Shown: piece by piece, positions 18,732 through 28,008 of the stretch | Position numbering within the stretch: position 1 is the first letter of the stretch | How the letters are laid out: every line of letters begins with the position of its first letter | Source of the DNA: an uncultured Aequorivita sp. | GTDB taxonomy: Bacteria > Bacteroidota > Bacteroidia > Flavobacteriales > Flavobacteriaceae | DNA length: 64,000 nucleotides | Reading direction: 5' to 3' | Assembly (NCBI GenBank): GCA_937125455.1 | Contig: CAKZLK010000012.1 | Location: 50,241 to 114,240 of the forward strand | Position numbers and translations under genes: made by a program | Notes under the pieces: generated by a model | The model's input: the letters and a program-made list of their open reading frames with translations, nothing else | Told to the model about the DNA's origin: nothing | Databases searched by the model: none

Positions 18732-19061
18732 ATGCATATAGACCTACCAGAAAGATTATACTACAATATTGGCGAAGTGGCCGAAGCTTTTGGCGTAAAC
18801 ACTTCGTTGATCCGTTTTTGGGAAAAGGAATTTGACGCATTAAAACCAAAAAAAAATGCCAAAGGCAACAGAAAATTTACACCTCAAGACATAAAAAATC
18901 TTGAACTCATTTACCATTTAGTGAAAGAGCGTGGATTTACACTGGAAGGCGCAAAAATTCACTTAAAGGAAAACAAACAAAAAACGCTAGACCAATTTGA
19001 GATTATACGTAAATTGGAATCCGTTAAAGCAGAACTTATAAAAATCAAAGAACAACTCTAA
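18732..19061 (+). CDS. MerR family transcriptional regulator
   Basis: 109 aa with an N-terminal HTH (YYNIGEVAEAFGVNTSLIRFWEKEF). Confidence 0.8.
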   Translation: MHIDLPERLYYNIGEVAEAFGVNTSLIRFWEKEFDALKPKKNAKGNRKFTPQDIKNLELIYHLVKERGFTLEGAKIHLKENKQKTLDQFEIIRKLESVKAELIKIKEQL

Positions 19062-19075
19062 AAACAAATAGCATC

Positions 19076-19684
19076 ATGAAAAAATGGTTACCCATTATTA
19101 TTATTCTTGGCATTATCCTTCTTATCGGCGCTTATATGGCCAGCCTAAACAATAAATTAGTCGTGCTAGACCAAAATGCCACAGCGCAATGGGCAAATGT
19201 AGAAAGCTCTTACCAACGCCGTGCAGATCTTATTCCAAACATAGTAAGCACCGCGAAAGGTTATGCCGAATTTGAACAGTCAACATTAATTGCTGTAACG
19301 GAAGCTAGAAGCAAAGCAACCTCTGTAACTATCGACCCCTCAAACATTACACCCGAGCAGCTTGCTCAGTATCAAGAAGCGCAAGCAGGCGTTACCTCTG
19401 CCCTTTCTCGCTTATTAGCAGTTTTTGAAAGATACCCAGATTTAAAGGCTAATGAAAACTTCAAGGAATTAATAAACGAACTGGAACGTACTGAAAATCG
19501 AATCAATGTGGAGCGCAACAGGTTTAATGATTCAGCAAAAGAATTGAACACTCAACTAAATCAATTCCCTACAAAGTTATTCGCAGGAATGTTAGGCTTT
19601 CATGAAAGAGCATATTTCAAGGCAGATGCTGGCAGTGAAAATGCACCTAAAGTTGATTTTGACTTCGGAAAAGATAAAAAATAA
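19076..19684 (+). CDS. LemA family protein
   Basis: 202 aa with an N-terminal TM segment and LemA-like conserved stretches (QWANVESSYQRRADLIPN, ERYPDLKAN, RFNDSAKELN). Confidence 0.9.
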   Translation: MKKWLPIIIILGIILLIGAYMASLNNKLVVLDQNATAQWANVESSYQRRADLIPNIVSTAKGYAEFEQSTLIAVTEARSKATSVTIDPSNITPEQLAQYQEAQAGVTSALSRLLAVFERYPDLKANENFKELINELERTENRINVERNRFNDSAKELNTQLNQFPTKLFAGMLGFHERAYFKADAGSENAPKVDFDFGKDKK

Positions 19685-20145
19685 TGTCAAAAGTAGAAGA
19701 TTTTCTTACTTCGGAAGAAGAAGCCGCTATTGTTGAAGCTATTCGTATTGCTGAAAAAAATACTTCTGGCGAGATACGTGTACATTTGGAACCCACTTCC
19801 ATTTCCGCAGAAGAGCCCAATGAACAAATTGACGCATTTGATCGTGCTGCAGAAGTTTTTGATATGCTCAATATGCAAAACACCAAAGAAAGCAACGGCG
19901 TACTTATTTATGTTGCAGTTCAAGACCGAACTCTTGTGATAATGGGTGACAAAGGCATCAACGATATTGTTGGGCAGAATTTTTGGGAAAGCACCAAAGA
20001 CATTATCATAAATCATTTTAAAAATGGAAATATGAAACAAGGCTTGGTGGAAGGCATCCTAAAAGCCGGTGAAAAGTTGAAAAAACATTTTCCACACAAA
20101 AAAGACGATAAAAACGAACTGCCGGATGACATTTCGGTAGGGTGA
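19684..20145 (+). CDS. TPM domain protein
   Basis: 153 aa with TPM-phosphatase-like motifs (EKNTSGEIRVHLE, NGVLIYVAVQDRTLVIMGDKGI). Its start overlaps the LemA stop. Confidence 0.75.
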   Translation: MSKVEDFLTSEEEAAIVEAIRIAEKNTSGEIRVHLEPTSISAEEPNEQIDAFDRAAEVFDMLNMQNTKESNGVLIYVAVQDRTLVIMGDKGINDIVGQNFWESTKDIIINHFKNGNMKQGLVEGILKAGEKLKKHFPHKKDDKNELPDDISVG

Positions 20146-20191
20146 TTTTTAAATTTTCAGTCGGCGAATCAGTTGGCGGTAAACAAATTCA

Positions 20192-20989
20192 ATGAAACAT
20201 TTTCTTCAGAAATATAAAATACTGTTTGTATTAATTGGCACTGCATTTCTATCTGAAAATGTTTCGGCTCAGTATGAAATTCCTCCAATCCCTTCGGTTC
20301 AAACATCGGTTTATGATTATATAAACTTGCTTACACCTTCACAAAAAAGTGCACTGGAAAATAAGTTGATCCGCTATGCAGATTCCACTTCCACTCAGAT
20401 TGTTTGTATTATTATAGGTTCTACCAATGGTGAAGATATTTCTATGCTCGGTGCTGAATGGGGCCAGAAATGGAAAATTGGCCAAAAAGGCGAAGACAAC
20501 GGAATTGTTATTACTCTTGCCAAAGACGATCGAAAAGTTGATATAAATACAGGCTACGGAATTGAATACCGCATAACAGATTTAATGTCTGAACGCATTA
20601 TCAACCGCATCATGATTCCCGAATTTAAAACCGGGAATTATTACGCTGGCTTAGACAAAGGCAGTGACGCAGTATTTGCAGCTTTAAAAGGCGAATTCAA
20701 GGAAGACCGTGATTTCGGGAAAAAAGACAGCGGGCACATTCCATTTTTTATCATTTTCGTATTCATCATTATTATACTGGCATTAATTCGTAAAGGTGGC
20801 AAAGGCGGCGGCAAAGGTGGCGGCGGAAGTCTATTAGATATTATTGTACTAAGTAGTCTTGGCCGTGGTGGTTTCGGTGGCGGAGGCGGTAGCTTTGGCG
20901 GTGGCGGTAGTTTCGGCGGCGGAGGTGGCTTTGGCGGCGGTTTCGGCGGCGGTGGCTTTGGCGGTGGCGGCGCTAGTGGAGGTTGGTAA
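20192..20989 (+). CDS. TPM domain membrane protein (YgcG-like) with Gly-rich tail
   Basis: 265 aa with a signal peptide, a TPM domain, a TM segment (FFIIFVFIIIILALI) and a GGFGGGG repeat tail. Confidence 0.8.
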   Translation: MKHFLQKYKILFVLIGTAFLSENVSAQYEIPPIPSVQTSVYDYINLLTPSQKSALENKLIRYADSTSTQIVCIIIGSTNGEDISMLGAEWGQKWKIGQKGEDNGIVITLAKDDRKVDINTGYGIEYRITDLMSERIINRIMIPEFKTGNYYAGLDKGSDAVFAALKGEFKEDRDFGKKDSGHIPFFIIFVFIIIILALIRKGGKGGGKGGGGSLLDIIVLSSLGRGGFGGGGGSFGGGGSFGGGGGFGGGFGGGGFGGGGASGGW

Positions 20990-20993
20990 AACG

Positions 20994-21032
20994 ACATCCC
21001 TCCCCTAACTCTCCCTTCGAAGGGAGGGAGGT
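20994..21032. repeat. hairpin element related to the CCCCCTTCAAAGGGGG family
   Basis: ACATCCCTCCCCTAACTCTCCCTTCGAAGGGAGGGAGGT contains the palindrome CTCCCTTCGAAGGGAG. Lies directly after the TPM gene stop. Confidence 0.6.
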
Positions 21033-21044
21033 CAAAATTTACAC

Positions 21045-21272
21045 GTGGAAAAATTTAAAGACAATTTTTCGAAACAATCTAAGGCTTATCAAAAGTACAG
21101 ACCGTCCTATCCAAAAGCACTGTTTGAATATTTAAGTAAAATTCCTAAAGTCCACGGTTTAGCTTGGGATTGTGGAACGGGTAATGGGCAATCCGTTATA
21201 GGCTTGGCGGATTATTTTGAAAAAGTATATACCACAGATCCCAGTGAGCAGCAAATTTTGAATGCAAAATCA
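21045..21272 (+). pseudogene. 5' fragment of a class I SAM-dependent methyltransferase
   Basis: GTG start. The first ~76 aa are methyltransferase-like, including motif I (LAWDCGTGNGQS). The frame then runs into the antisense of the converging receptor gene and stops. Confidence 0.55.
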
Positions 21273-24038
21273 GTCCCACGGATTGTCATCTATCACGCCT
21301 TTTTTACCGAGTGTATTGAATTTATAACTTAGCGTAAGCATAAAATATTGTTTCAAAACTGTACTCTGAACATCCTGAATATAATCTTCACTGGAAGTAC
21401 GTTTTACGTTATTGTTCTGATTGAGCAAGTCATAAATTTTTAAGCTTGCGCTCGCCTTATCATCCAAAAAGGAATAGGACACCGTACTGTTCCAAAAAAT
21501 ATAATTTTTATCAAATCCGCTGGCAACATCGGGGTTGTATATATAGGCAACATCGTTGTTCCATTCTAGGTTTTTAGGAAAAAAGGTAGATGTTCTCAGA
21601 TTGAATTCGTGCCGCGTATATTTTCTATCTTCAAAAGAATCGATATCAAATGTATTGGTATTAAAGTTTAATGAATATTTGGGCGTTATTTCAAAATAAT
21701 CATTCCATTTAAAGCTAAAATTCACTGATGGAAAATAGCTTACCGTTTTACTGGCGTATTGCACTTCATTATTAAAGTTAATATTTCTATTCAAAGTGGC
21801 ATACATTTGCACGCCATATTTGAAACTGCGTAAAGTATCAATCTTTATATTTTTACTGTAACCCAAGCTTCCAGAAAATCTATAATTGCCGTTTACATTT
21901 GCGTATGTAGTGTTTCTTACCAAATTTTCATCAATAATTGTCCTGGTCACTACTTGATCATTTGTGAATCCCATATTAAAATAACTATAAATTCCAGATT
22001 GGGTTTTATAATCATAATTATTGGCTCCAAAATAAAAACTATTTGTGTTAGAAGGTTTTAAATCTGGGTTTCCTCGGATTATATCCAATGGGTCAGATAC
22101 GTCCACAAAAGGTGACAGTTGCTCAACGGAAGGGGCATTATTTTCTAGATAATAACCCATATATGTTGTAAATTTTTTACTGAATTGATACCTAAAATTA
22201 AAACTCAACTCCAATGCATCAAAATCATTTTTAAAATTTATGGCTCGCAATGCATCTTTACTTTCCAAGGTTCTAAAAATATAACCAACGGTGAAACCAG
22301 TATATATTTTTTCTGAATTATAAGTAAGGCTTATTTGGGGCTTGGAGGACTGATCTGTATTAGTGAAATCTGTACTTTGTGCTGTATTGAAGATTTCATA
22401 TTGCTGTGACAGATTATCAAAATCGAACACACTTTTACGATCTTTTCTTCTATCTTTTTCGAAATTATATCCTACATACAGAAAAAGTGTGTCAGCGATA
22501 AGAGGGATTCGCCAAGATGGCGTAATCGTAAAGTCAGTAGAACTTTTTTTACCATCAGCAAGTTGATTTCTTGAAATAGTGCTAGTTTCATCTCCAAATA
22601 TTTGGATGTTGGAATTCGTAAAATCTTCATTATCGATATCATTGATTTTGTTGTTTGTCCTAATTCTGAAATAACCTCCCTTAGTCCCATATTTTTTAGT
22701 GACAATTAGTTCACTTTCAAAATTTCTACCTTCCCGCTCACCGTGGTTATTGTTTTGTGATTGATTAATTAATTCTTGATCTAAATTTCTACTTTCTTCA
22801 CTTTTATTTAAATCTGTAATAGATTTATTGAATGTTAATTGAGGCTTCACTTCGATTAAAAAAGTTGAATCTATTTGGGTTTTAAAACGAACATTTGCCG
22901 AATGGCTATCGCTATCATTCTCAGAATTGGTACTGGAAGTTGAAAAATATCTATTCTCAGGCAAAATATTTTCTCTATTCCGCAACTCTTCATTAAAAGT
23001 ATTTGCGGATGAATAAAAGTAATCTGTAGTTAAATCTGATCCTTTTCCAAAATCATCAGCAAAATTAGCACCAGCGGTTCGCGAATTGGTTATTCCTTCT
23101 CCACCACCAAAAGATCTTCCATTATAATTGAAAGAGCCATTACTATTCATATTTATGTAGCGGGCACTACCAAACATTTTTTCGATTTCCCCAAAACTGA
23201 AACCCGGTGAATTGATGTTGTTCCCACCAGCGAGTGCACTTACCCGAAGATCATTATCAAAATAATTTATTAGGCCCGCATATTCAAAACGTTTGTCTGT
23301 TCCGCCACCAGCAGCAACTCTCCCAAAAATTCCCTTGTTTTTTTCTTCGTCAATTTGGATGTTTATGGTTTTGTTATTTTCATCGCCTTTTTCTCCCGTA
23401 AATGCCTGTGAATCTGTTTTGGTATCCGTTACCTGAATTTTTTCTACAATTTCCTTGGTAAGATTTCTGGTTGCTATCGTTGGGTCATCACCGAAGAATG
23501 GCTTCCCGTTAACCAATATTTTATTTACAGGTTTCCCGTTAACTGTTATGTTGCCTTGCGCATCCACCTCAACGCCTGGAAGTTCTTTTAATAAGTCTTC
23601 AACCGTAGCGTTCGCTTTTGTGCTGAAAGAAGCTGCGTTAAATTCTAGGGTGTCTTTTTTGATTGTAATGGGTGCGCGGTTTGCAGTAACAATAACACCG
23701 TCCAATTCCTCAGTCTGAACCGACATTTTTATGGTTCCCAGATTAATGGGGGCTCCATTTAGCGTAATTTTTTTCCGAAAAGGAACATATCCTGTATAAC
23801 TGACGTTTACATTAATTTCAGTTACCGAAGTCTTTCCTTCCAATTGAAAATCGCCTTGCTTTCCTGTAATTGTATAGGTTATTAATGAACTATCCGCAGG
23901 TTTTTCAGCAAATACGGTGGCAGATTCCAAAGGAGTACCTTCATTTTCGCCTATAAGCTTACCTGTTATCTCAAATTTTTGAGCATAGATAAAAGTAGAT
24001 AATAAGCTAAAAATCAGTAGGTAAAAATATTTCTCCAT
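21270..24038 (-). CDS. outer-membrane beta-barrel receptor with CarboxypepD_reg-like N-terminal domain (TonB-dependent-receptor-like)
   Basis: The ATG at 24036-24038 gives a signal peptide (MEKYFYLLIFSLLSTFIYAQ). The N-terminal region resembles a carboxypeptidase-regulatory fold, followed by a plug-like region (GKPVNKILVNGKPFFGDD) and a long beta-rich C-terminal part. Paralogous to 55416-58175. Confidence 0.8.
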   Translation of the reverse strand: MEKYFYLLIFSLLSTFIYAQKFEITGKLIGENEGTPLESATVFAEKPADSSLITYTITGKQGDFQLEGKTSVTEINVNVSYTGYVPFRKKITLNGAPINLGTIKMSVQTEELDGVIVTANRAPITIKKDTLEFNAASFSTKANATVEDLLKELPGVEVDAQGNITVNGKPVNKILVNGKPFFGDDPTIATRNLTKEIVEKIQVTDTKTDSQAFTGEKGDENNKTINIQIDEEKNKGIFGRVAAGGGTDKRFEYAGLINYFDNDLRVSALAGGNNINSPGFSFGEIEKMFGSARYINMNSNGSFNYNGRSFGGGEGITNSRTAGANFADDFGKGSDLTTDYFYSSANTFNEELRNRENILPENRYFSTSSTNSENDSDSHSANVRFKTQIDSTFLIEVKPQLTFNKSITDLNKSEESRNLDQELINQSQNNNHGEREGRNFESELIVTKKYGTKGGYFRIRTNNKINDIDNEDFTNSNIQIFGDETSTISRNQLADGKKSSTDFTITPSWRIPLIADTLFLYVGYNFEKDRRKDRKSVFDFDNLSQQYEIFNTAQSTDFTNTDQSSKPQISLTYNSEKIYTGFTVGYIFRTLESKDALRAINFKNDFDALELSFNFRYQFSKKFTTYMGYYLENNAPSVEQLSPFVDVSDPLDIIRGNPDLKPSNTNSFYFGANNYDYKTQSGIYSYFNMGFTNDQVVTRTIIDENLVRNTTYANVNGNYRFSGSLGYSKNIKIDTLRSFKYGVQMYATLNRNINFNNEVQYASKTVSYFPSVNFSFKWNDYFEITPKYSLNFNTNTFDIDSFEDRKYTRHEFNLRTSTFFPKNLEWNNDVAYIYNPDVASGFDKNYIFWNSTVSYSFLDDKASASLKIYDLLNQNNNVKRTSSEDYIQDVQSTVLKQYFMLTLSYKFNTLGKKGVIDDNPWD

Positions 24039-24131
24039 AGAGATAGGTATCAATGTATTTAAACTTTGATTATCTGGGGAGAAAATAAAGTTTAAATATA
24101 TAAGATTTCCCTCTTAAAATTATAAGGACTT

Positions 24132-25436
24132 TTATTTTTTTCTGAAATAAACCGTAATCGGAACACCTGAAAAGTCAAAGTTTTCCCGAAGTTTATTCTC
24201 AATGAAACGTTTATAAGGATCCTTCACATACTGCGGCAGATTACAGAAAAACGCAAAACTTGGATACGGTGTTGGCAGCTGCGTACAGAATTTTATTTTC
24301 ACGTATTTAGCCTTGTAAGCTGGTGGCGGATAAGCTTGAATAATAGGAAGCATTACTTCGTTCAATTCACTTGTCTTAACCTTCTTGCTTCGGTTTTGGT
24401 AAACTTCAACCGCAGTTTCAATTGCCTTATAAATACGTTGTTTTGTTAATACAGAAACAAAAACAATCGGCACATCCACAAAAGGTTCGCATTGTTGGCG
24501 AATGTATTTTTCGTAATCCTTCACGCTACTGGTGTCTTTATCTTCAACCAAATCCCATTTGTTTGCTAGAATCACAATCCCTTTATTGTTGCGCTGTGCA
24601 AGCCAGAAAATGTTTTCAACTTGTCCGTCAAACCCGCGGGTGGCATCAAAAACTAAGATAATAACATCGCAATGTTCAATAGCACGTACGCTTCGCATTA
24701 CCGAGTAGAATTCCAGATCTTCCTTTACTTTGCTTTTTTTGCGAATTCCAGCAGTATCAACCAAATTGAATTCAAAACCAAAACGGTCGTATTTAGTGTC
24801 AATACTATCCCGGGTAGTTCCTGCAATGTCGGTAACAATATATCTATCCTTGCCAATTAATGCATTGATGAAAGAAGATTTTCCAGCATTTGGACGACCT
24901 ACAACTGCAAAACGAGGCAATTCACTATTGTCTTCCTCTTCTCTTTCTGGTAAAGCTTTTACCAAATCGTCAAGCAATTCACCCGTGCCGCTGCCGTTGA
25001 TACTTGAAAGGTTGTATTGATGTTCAAAACCTAAGGAATAAAACTCTAAGGCGTCATTTACCCTTGAAGCTGCATCAACTTTATTGATTGCTAAAAAAAT
25101 AGGTTTTTTTGAACGGCGAAGCAGTTTTGCAACCTCTTGATCCATTCCGGTAACACCGCTTTCAACGTCAACCATAAAAATAATAGCATCGGCTTCGTCA
25201 ATGGCAAGTTCAACTTGTTTGTCTATTTCGGTTTCAAAAATATCATCGCTTCCCTTTACATAACCTCCTGTGTCAATTAAAGAAAACTCTTTTCCATTCC
25301 AGTCACTTTTTCCATAATGACGATCGCGTGTAACGCCACTCACCGCATCCACAATGGCTTCCCTGCGTTGAATCAATCTATTGAAAAAGGTGGATTTACC
25401 TACATTTGGTCTTCCTACGACGGCAACAATGCTCAT
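24132..25436 (-). CDS. der: ribosome biogenesis GTPase Der (EngA)
   Basis: Two tandem GTPase domains (GRPNVGKST and [13 protein letters not shown] and DTAG, NKVD and NKWD) plus a KH-like C terminus. The ATG is at 25434-25436 and the upstream track start is a TTG. Confidence 0.95.
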   Translation of the reverse strand: MSIVAVVGRPNVGKSTFFNRLIQRREAIVDAVSGVTRDRHYGKSDWNGKEFSLIDTGGYVKGSDDIFETEIDKQVELAIDEADAIIFMVDVESGVTGMDQEVAKLLRRSKKPIFLAINKVDAASRVNDALEFYSLGFEHQYNLSSINGSGTGELLDDLVKALPEREEEDNSELPRFAVVGRPNAGKSSFINALIGKDRYIVTDIAGTTRDSIDTKYDRFGFEFNLVDTAGIRKKSKVKEDLEFYSVMRSVRAIEHCDVIILVFDATRGFDGQVENIFWLAQRNNKGIVILANKWDLVEDKDTSSVKDYEKYIRQQCEPFVDVPIVFVSVLTKQRIYKAIETAVEVYQNRSKKVKTSELNEVMLPIIQAYPPPAYKAKYVKIKFCTQLPTPYPSFAFFCNLPQYVKDPYKRFIENKLRENFDFSGVPITVYFRKK

Positions 25437-25519
25437 AATCTTAATTTTAGGGTGCAAAAATAGCTTTTAGTTGGGAGAAAAAATACTATTTTAACTGCTT
25501 TAAAAATAAAAGGTAAAGA

Positions 25520-26008
25520 ATGCTTTCGAATGAAATAGTATTGCGCCCACGTTTCCAAATGGAATTTGAACAGCCTTGTTCACAATTACTTGAGAGGTTT
25601 TCAAAAGTGAAAAAGTCACAAAACAAATTTATAATTTCCTGCGTAGATGACCATGTTTTTATAAAACTTCCAAATAGAGAACAGCATTTCTGGTCGCCAC
25701 AGTTGCATTTGGAAATAGCTGAAAAAGATAAAAACTCTTGCTCTTTACACGGTTTTTTTGGACCGAATCCAACCGTTTGGACCATGTTTATGTTTTTACA
25801 CGTGGCTATTGGAATATTATTTATGGTGGATATAACCTGGATGTATTCAAATTATAACTTGGGAAACCCAATAATAATTCAAATTACAATCGCTATTATT
25901 TTAGTTTTAATTTGGATTCTACTTTATGTTGCCGGAAGAATCGGCAAGAAAAAAGGAAAGCCAGTAATGCAGGAGCTTCATAATTTTATGATGCAAACAC
26001 TTGATTAA
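25520..26008 (+). CDS. hypothetical membrane protein
   Basis: 162 aa with an ATG start and two C-terminal hydrophobic segments. No family recognised. Confidence 0.5.
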   Translation: MLSNEIVLRPRFQMEFEQPCSQLLERFSKVKKSQNKFIISCVDDHVFIKLPNREQHFWSPQLHLEIAEKDKNSCSLHGFFGPNPTVWTMFMFLHVAIGILFMVDITWMYSNYNLGNPIIIQITIAIILVLIWILLYVAGRIGKKKGKPVMQELHNFMMQTLD

Positions 26009-26034
26009 AAATCTTAAACCTTAAATTTAGTGCT

Positions 26035-26835
26035 TCAATCTTTGATTTTACTTCTTCTCTTTCTATCTGCAGGGTTTTGCTGAAAACATTTTTCAAGCAT
26101 TTCATAGATTTCGGGATGTTTTTTTTTGAAAAGATTTGGGCGCTCAAAAAAATATTCTGAAGCTACGGCTAAGAATTCAACTTCATTGGTGCCACCGTAT
26201 TTTCGGATGTCAGATTTATTATCATTAATGGCTTCCATTTCTTCGTGCATCAATTTTAGCCACGGTGTAATGTATTGCCTTTGCAAAAGCCGTTCAGGAA
26301 TTCCATCGGCCACACCATCCATTTTATCAATGAGATGAACAAATTCATGAACGGAAGTATTTCCCTTATCCGTATCATTTTGAAACCCTAAATACAGTGC
26401 TTTTCTGGAAAGTATCATTTGTTTTTCAAATCTACCCGAACCTACAAGACCGGCAATAATTCGCTTTTCACCATCATTTTCAAACTCTAGGTCACCGTTG
26501 AAATTGTTGGGATAAATTATGATGCCACTAAGATTATTATAATGCCATTCCTTAAATCCGAAAACGGGAATGACGGCACTGGCGGCAATAAGCACTTTAT
26601 CTAAATCTTCGATTTCGGTTTCAACGGCATCAATATATACTTCACTTAAAAAAAGCATCATTCGCTCGCGAAACGTTTTCTGTTCAACAGTGGAAAGCTC
26701 CCTGTAAAAGTGAACATGCTCATTCAAAAGTGCTTTCCAATCTTCGGGAAAAGTCTGTACGGGACGTTTTTTGTTTTGATTGAAAGCATATACCGCAAAA
26801 GCAACCAGACCAATAAAAAGAATAAAATAAATCAT
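26035..26835 (-). CDS. zinc-dependent peptidase, M90 (MtfA-like) family
   Basis: 266 aa with an N-terminal TM segment and the HEFVHLID zinc motif. Its ATG overlaps the era stop (ATGA). Confidence 0.7.
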   Translation of the reverse strand: MIYFILFIGLVAFAVYAFNQNKKRPVQTFPEDWKALLNEHVHFYRELSTVEQKTFRERMMLFLSEVYIDAVETEIEDLDKVLIAASAVIPVFGFKEWHYNNLSGIIIYPNNFNGDLEFENDGEKRIIAGLVGSGRFEKQMILSRKALYLGFQNDTDKGNTSVHEFVHLIDKMDGVADGIPERLLQRQYITPWLKLMHEEMEAINDNKSDIRKYGGTNEVEFLAVASEYFFERPNLFKKKHPEIYEMLEKCFQQNPADRKRRSKIKD

Positions 26836-27722
26836 TTTTTATTGTTGTACCCAAACCTTCGCAACTGCCGTTCGTCACTACGCCAGTTTTTATTGACTTT
26901 CACATACAGTTCTAAATGTATTTGTTTTCCGAAGAATTTTTCCAAATCCTTTCTAGCTTCCGTTCCCACACGTTTTAAAGCTGAACCTTTATGACCAATG
27001 ATGATTCCCTTTTGGGTTTCACGCTCCACCATAATTACACTGCGGATACGGATGATGGTTTCGTCTTCAAAAAACTCTTCGGTATCAATTTCGACAGAAT
27101 ATGGAATTTCTTTTTTGTAGTGAATCAATATTTTTTCGCGAATGGCTTCATTTACGAAAAAACGTTCAGGTTTGTCCGTTAGTTGGTCTTTTGGATAAAA
27201 TGCTGGAGATTCGGGCAGTAATTCTATAATTCGATTGAAAACTTCGGTAACCCCAAAATTTTGAAGCGCAGAAATGGCGAAAATTTCAGCATTCGGAACT
27301 TTTTCCTGCCAAAGTTTAAGTGCTTCAGCGAGCAATTCCTCATTGCCGATATCTATTTTATTTATAAGAAGTAAAACTGGAATTTTAGCATTTGTTATTT
27401 TATTGAAAAACGCTTCGTCTTTCAGTTCCTTTTCGCCCAATTCAACTAAATAAAGCAGAATATCGGCATCTTCAAAAGCAGATTTTACAAAATCCATCAT
27501 ACTTTCCTGAAGCTGATATGCTGGCTTTATAATTCCAGGAGTATCGCTCAACAGTACTTGAAAATCATCGCCATTTACAATTCCCAAAATACGGTGACGT
27601 GTGGTTTGTGCTTTGGAGGTGATTATGGAAAGTCGCTCGCCCACAAAAGCATTCATCAGCGTGCTTTTGCCTACGTTTGGGTTTCCAATAATGTTTACGA
27701 ATCCGGCTTTGTGTTTTGTCAT
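26832..27722 (-). CDS. era: GTPase Era
   Basis: 296 aa with G motifs GNPNVGKST, DTPG and NKID, plus a C-terminal KH domain (VERETQKGIIIGHKGSALK). Confidence 0.95.
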   Translation of the reverse strand: MTKHKAGFVNIIGNPNVGKSTLMNAFVGERLSIITSKAQTTRHRILGIVNGDDFQVLLSDTPGIIKPAYQLQESMMDFVKSAFEDADILLYLVELGEKELKDEAFFNKITNAKIPVLLLINKIDIGNEELLAEALKLWQEKVPNAEIFAISALQNFGVTEVFNRIIELLPESPAFYPKDQLTDKPERFFVNEAIREKILIHYKKEIPYSVEIDTEEFFEDETIIRIRSVIMVERETQKGIIIGHKGSALKRVGTEARKDLEKFFGKQIHLELYVKVNKNWRSDERQLRRFGYNNKK

Positions 27723-27822
27723 TTCTGAAATATTGATTTTGCAAATTTAAAGCTTAAATCCCGAAACATTGGATTTGGTTCAATTTTAAAACTTTCAGCC
27801 TTGAAATCCTTACTTTTGTACA

Positions 27823-27993
27823 ATGCTTTTCCCAAAGAAAAAAATAGAGCTCAAAGAGGGCGATTATTACATTACCCCCGAAGGCTACAAATGCTTCACG
27901 GAGCAATATCATTTAAAACGTGGCTATTGCTGTGAAAGTGGTTGCCGCCATTGTCCATATGGATTTGACAAAAAAACGGGAAAGCATCAATAA
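27823..27993 (+). CDS. small Cys-rich protein (DUF5522-like)
   Basis: 56-aa ORF absent from the track: MLFPKKKIELKEGDYYITPEGYKCFTEQYHLKRGYCCESGCRHCPYGFDKKTGKHQ. Carries a CCxxGCxxC cluster and is preceded by TACTTTTG. Confidence 0.55.
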   Translation: MLFPKKKIELKEGDYYITPEGYKCFTEQYHLKRGYCCESGCRHCPYGFDKKTGKHQ

Positions 27994-28008
27994 AAATATA
28001 TTCGGAAA

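Noticed and set aside
18732-20989. MerR-LemA-TPM-TPM cluster considered as a novel system
   Set aside because: LemA followed by TPM-domain genes is a widespread, already catalogued (if functionally unclear) arrangement. Nothing unusual is visible in this copy.
20641-20997. 118-aa Pro-rich ORF (PPPKPPPP...) on the minus strand
   Set aside because: It is the antisense translation of the GGC/GGT-rich Gly tail of the TPM protein, so it is a compositional artefact.
25486-25785. 99-aa minus-strand ORF
   Set aside because: It is antisense to the 25520-26008 membrane protein ORF and reads through the der upstream region. Neither ORF is strongly supported, but the plus-strand ORF is longer, starts with ATG and has TM segments.
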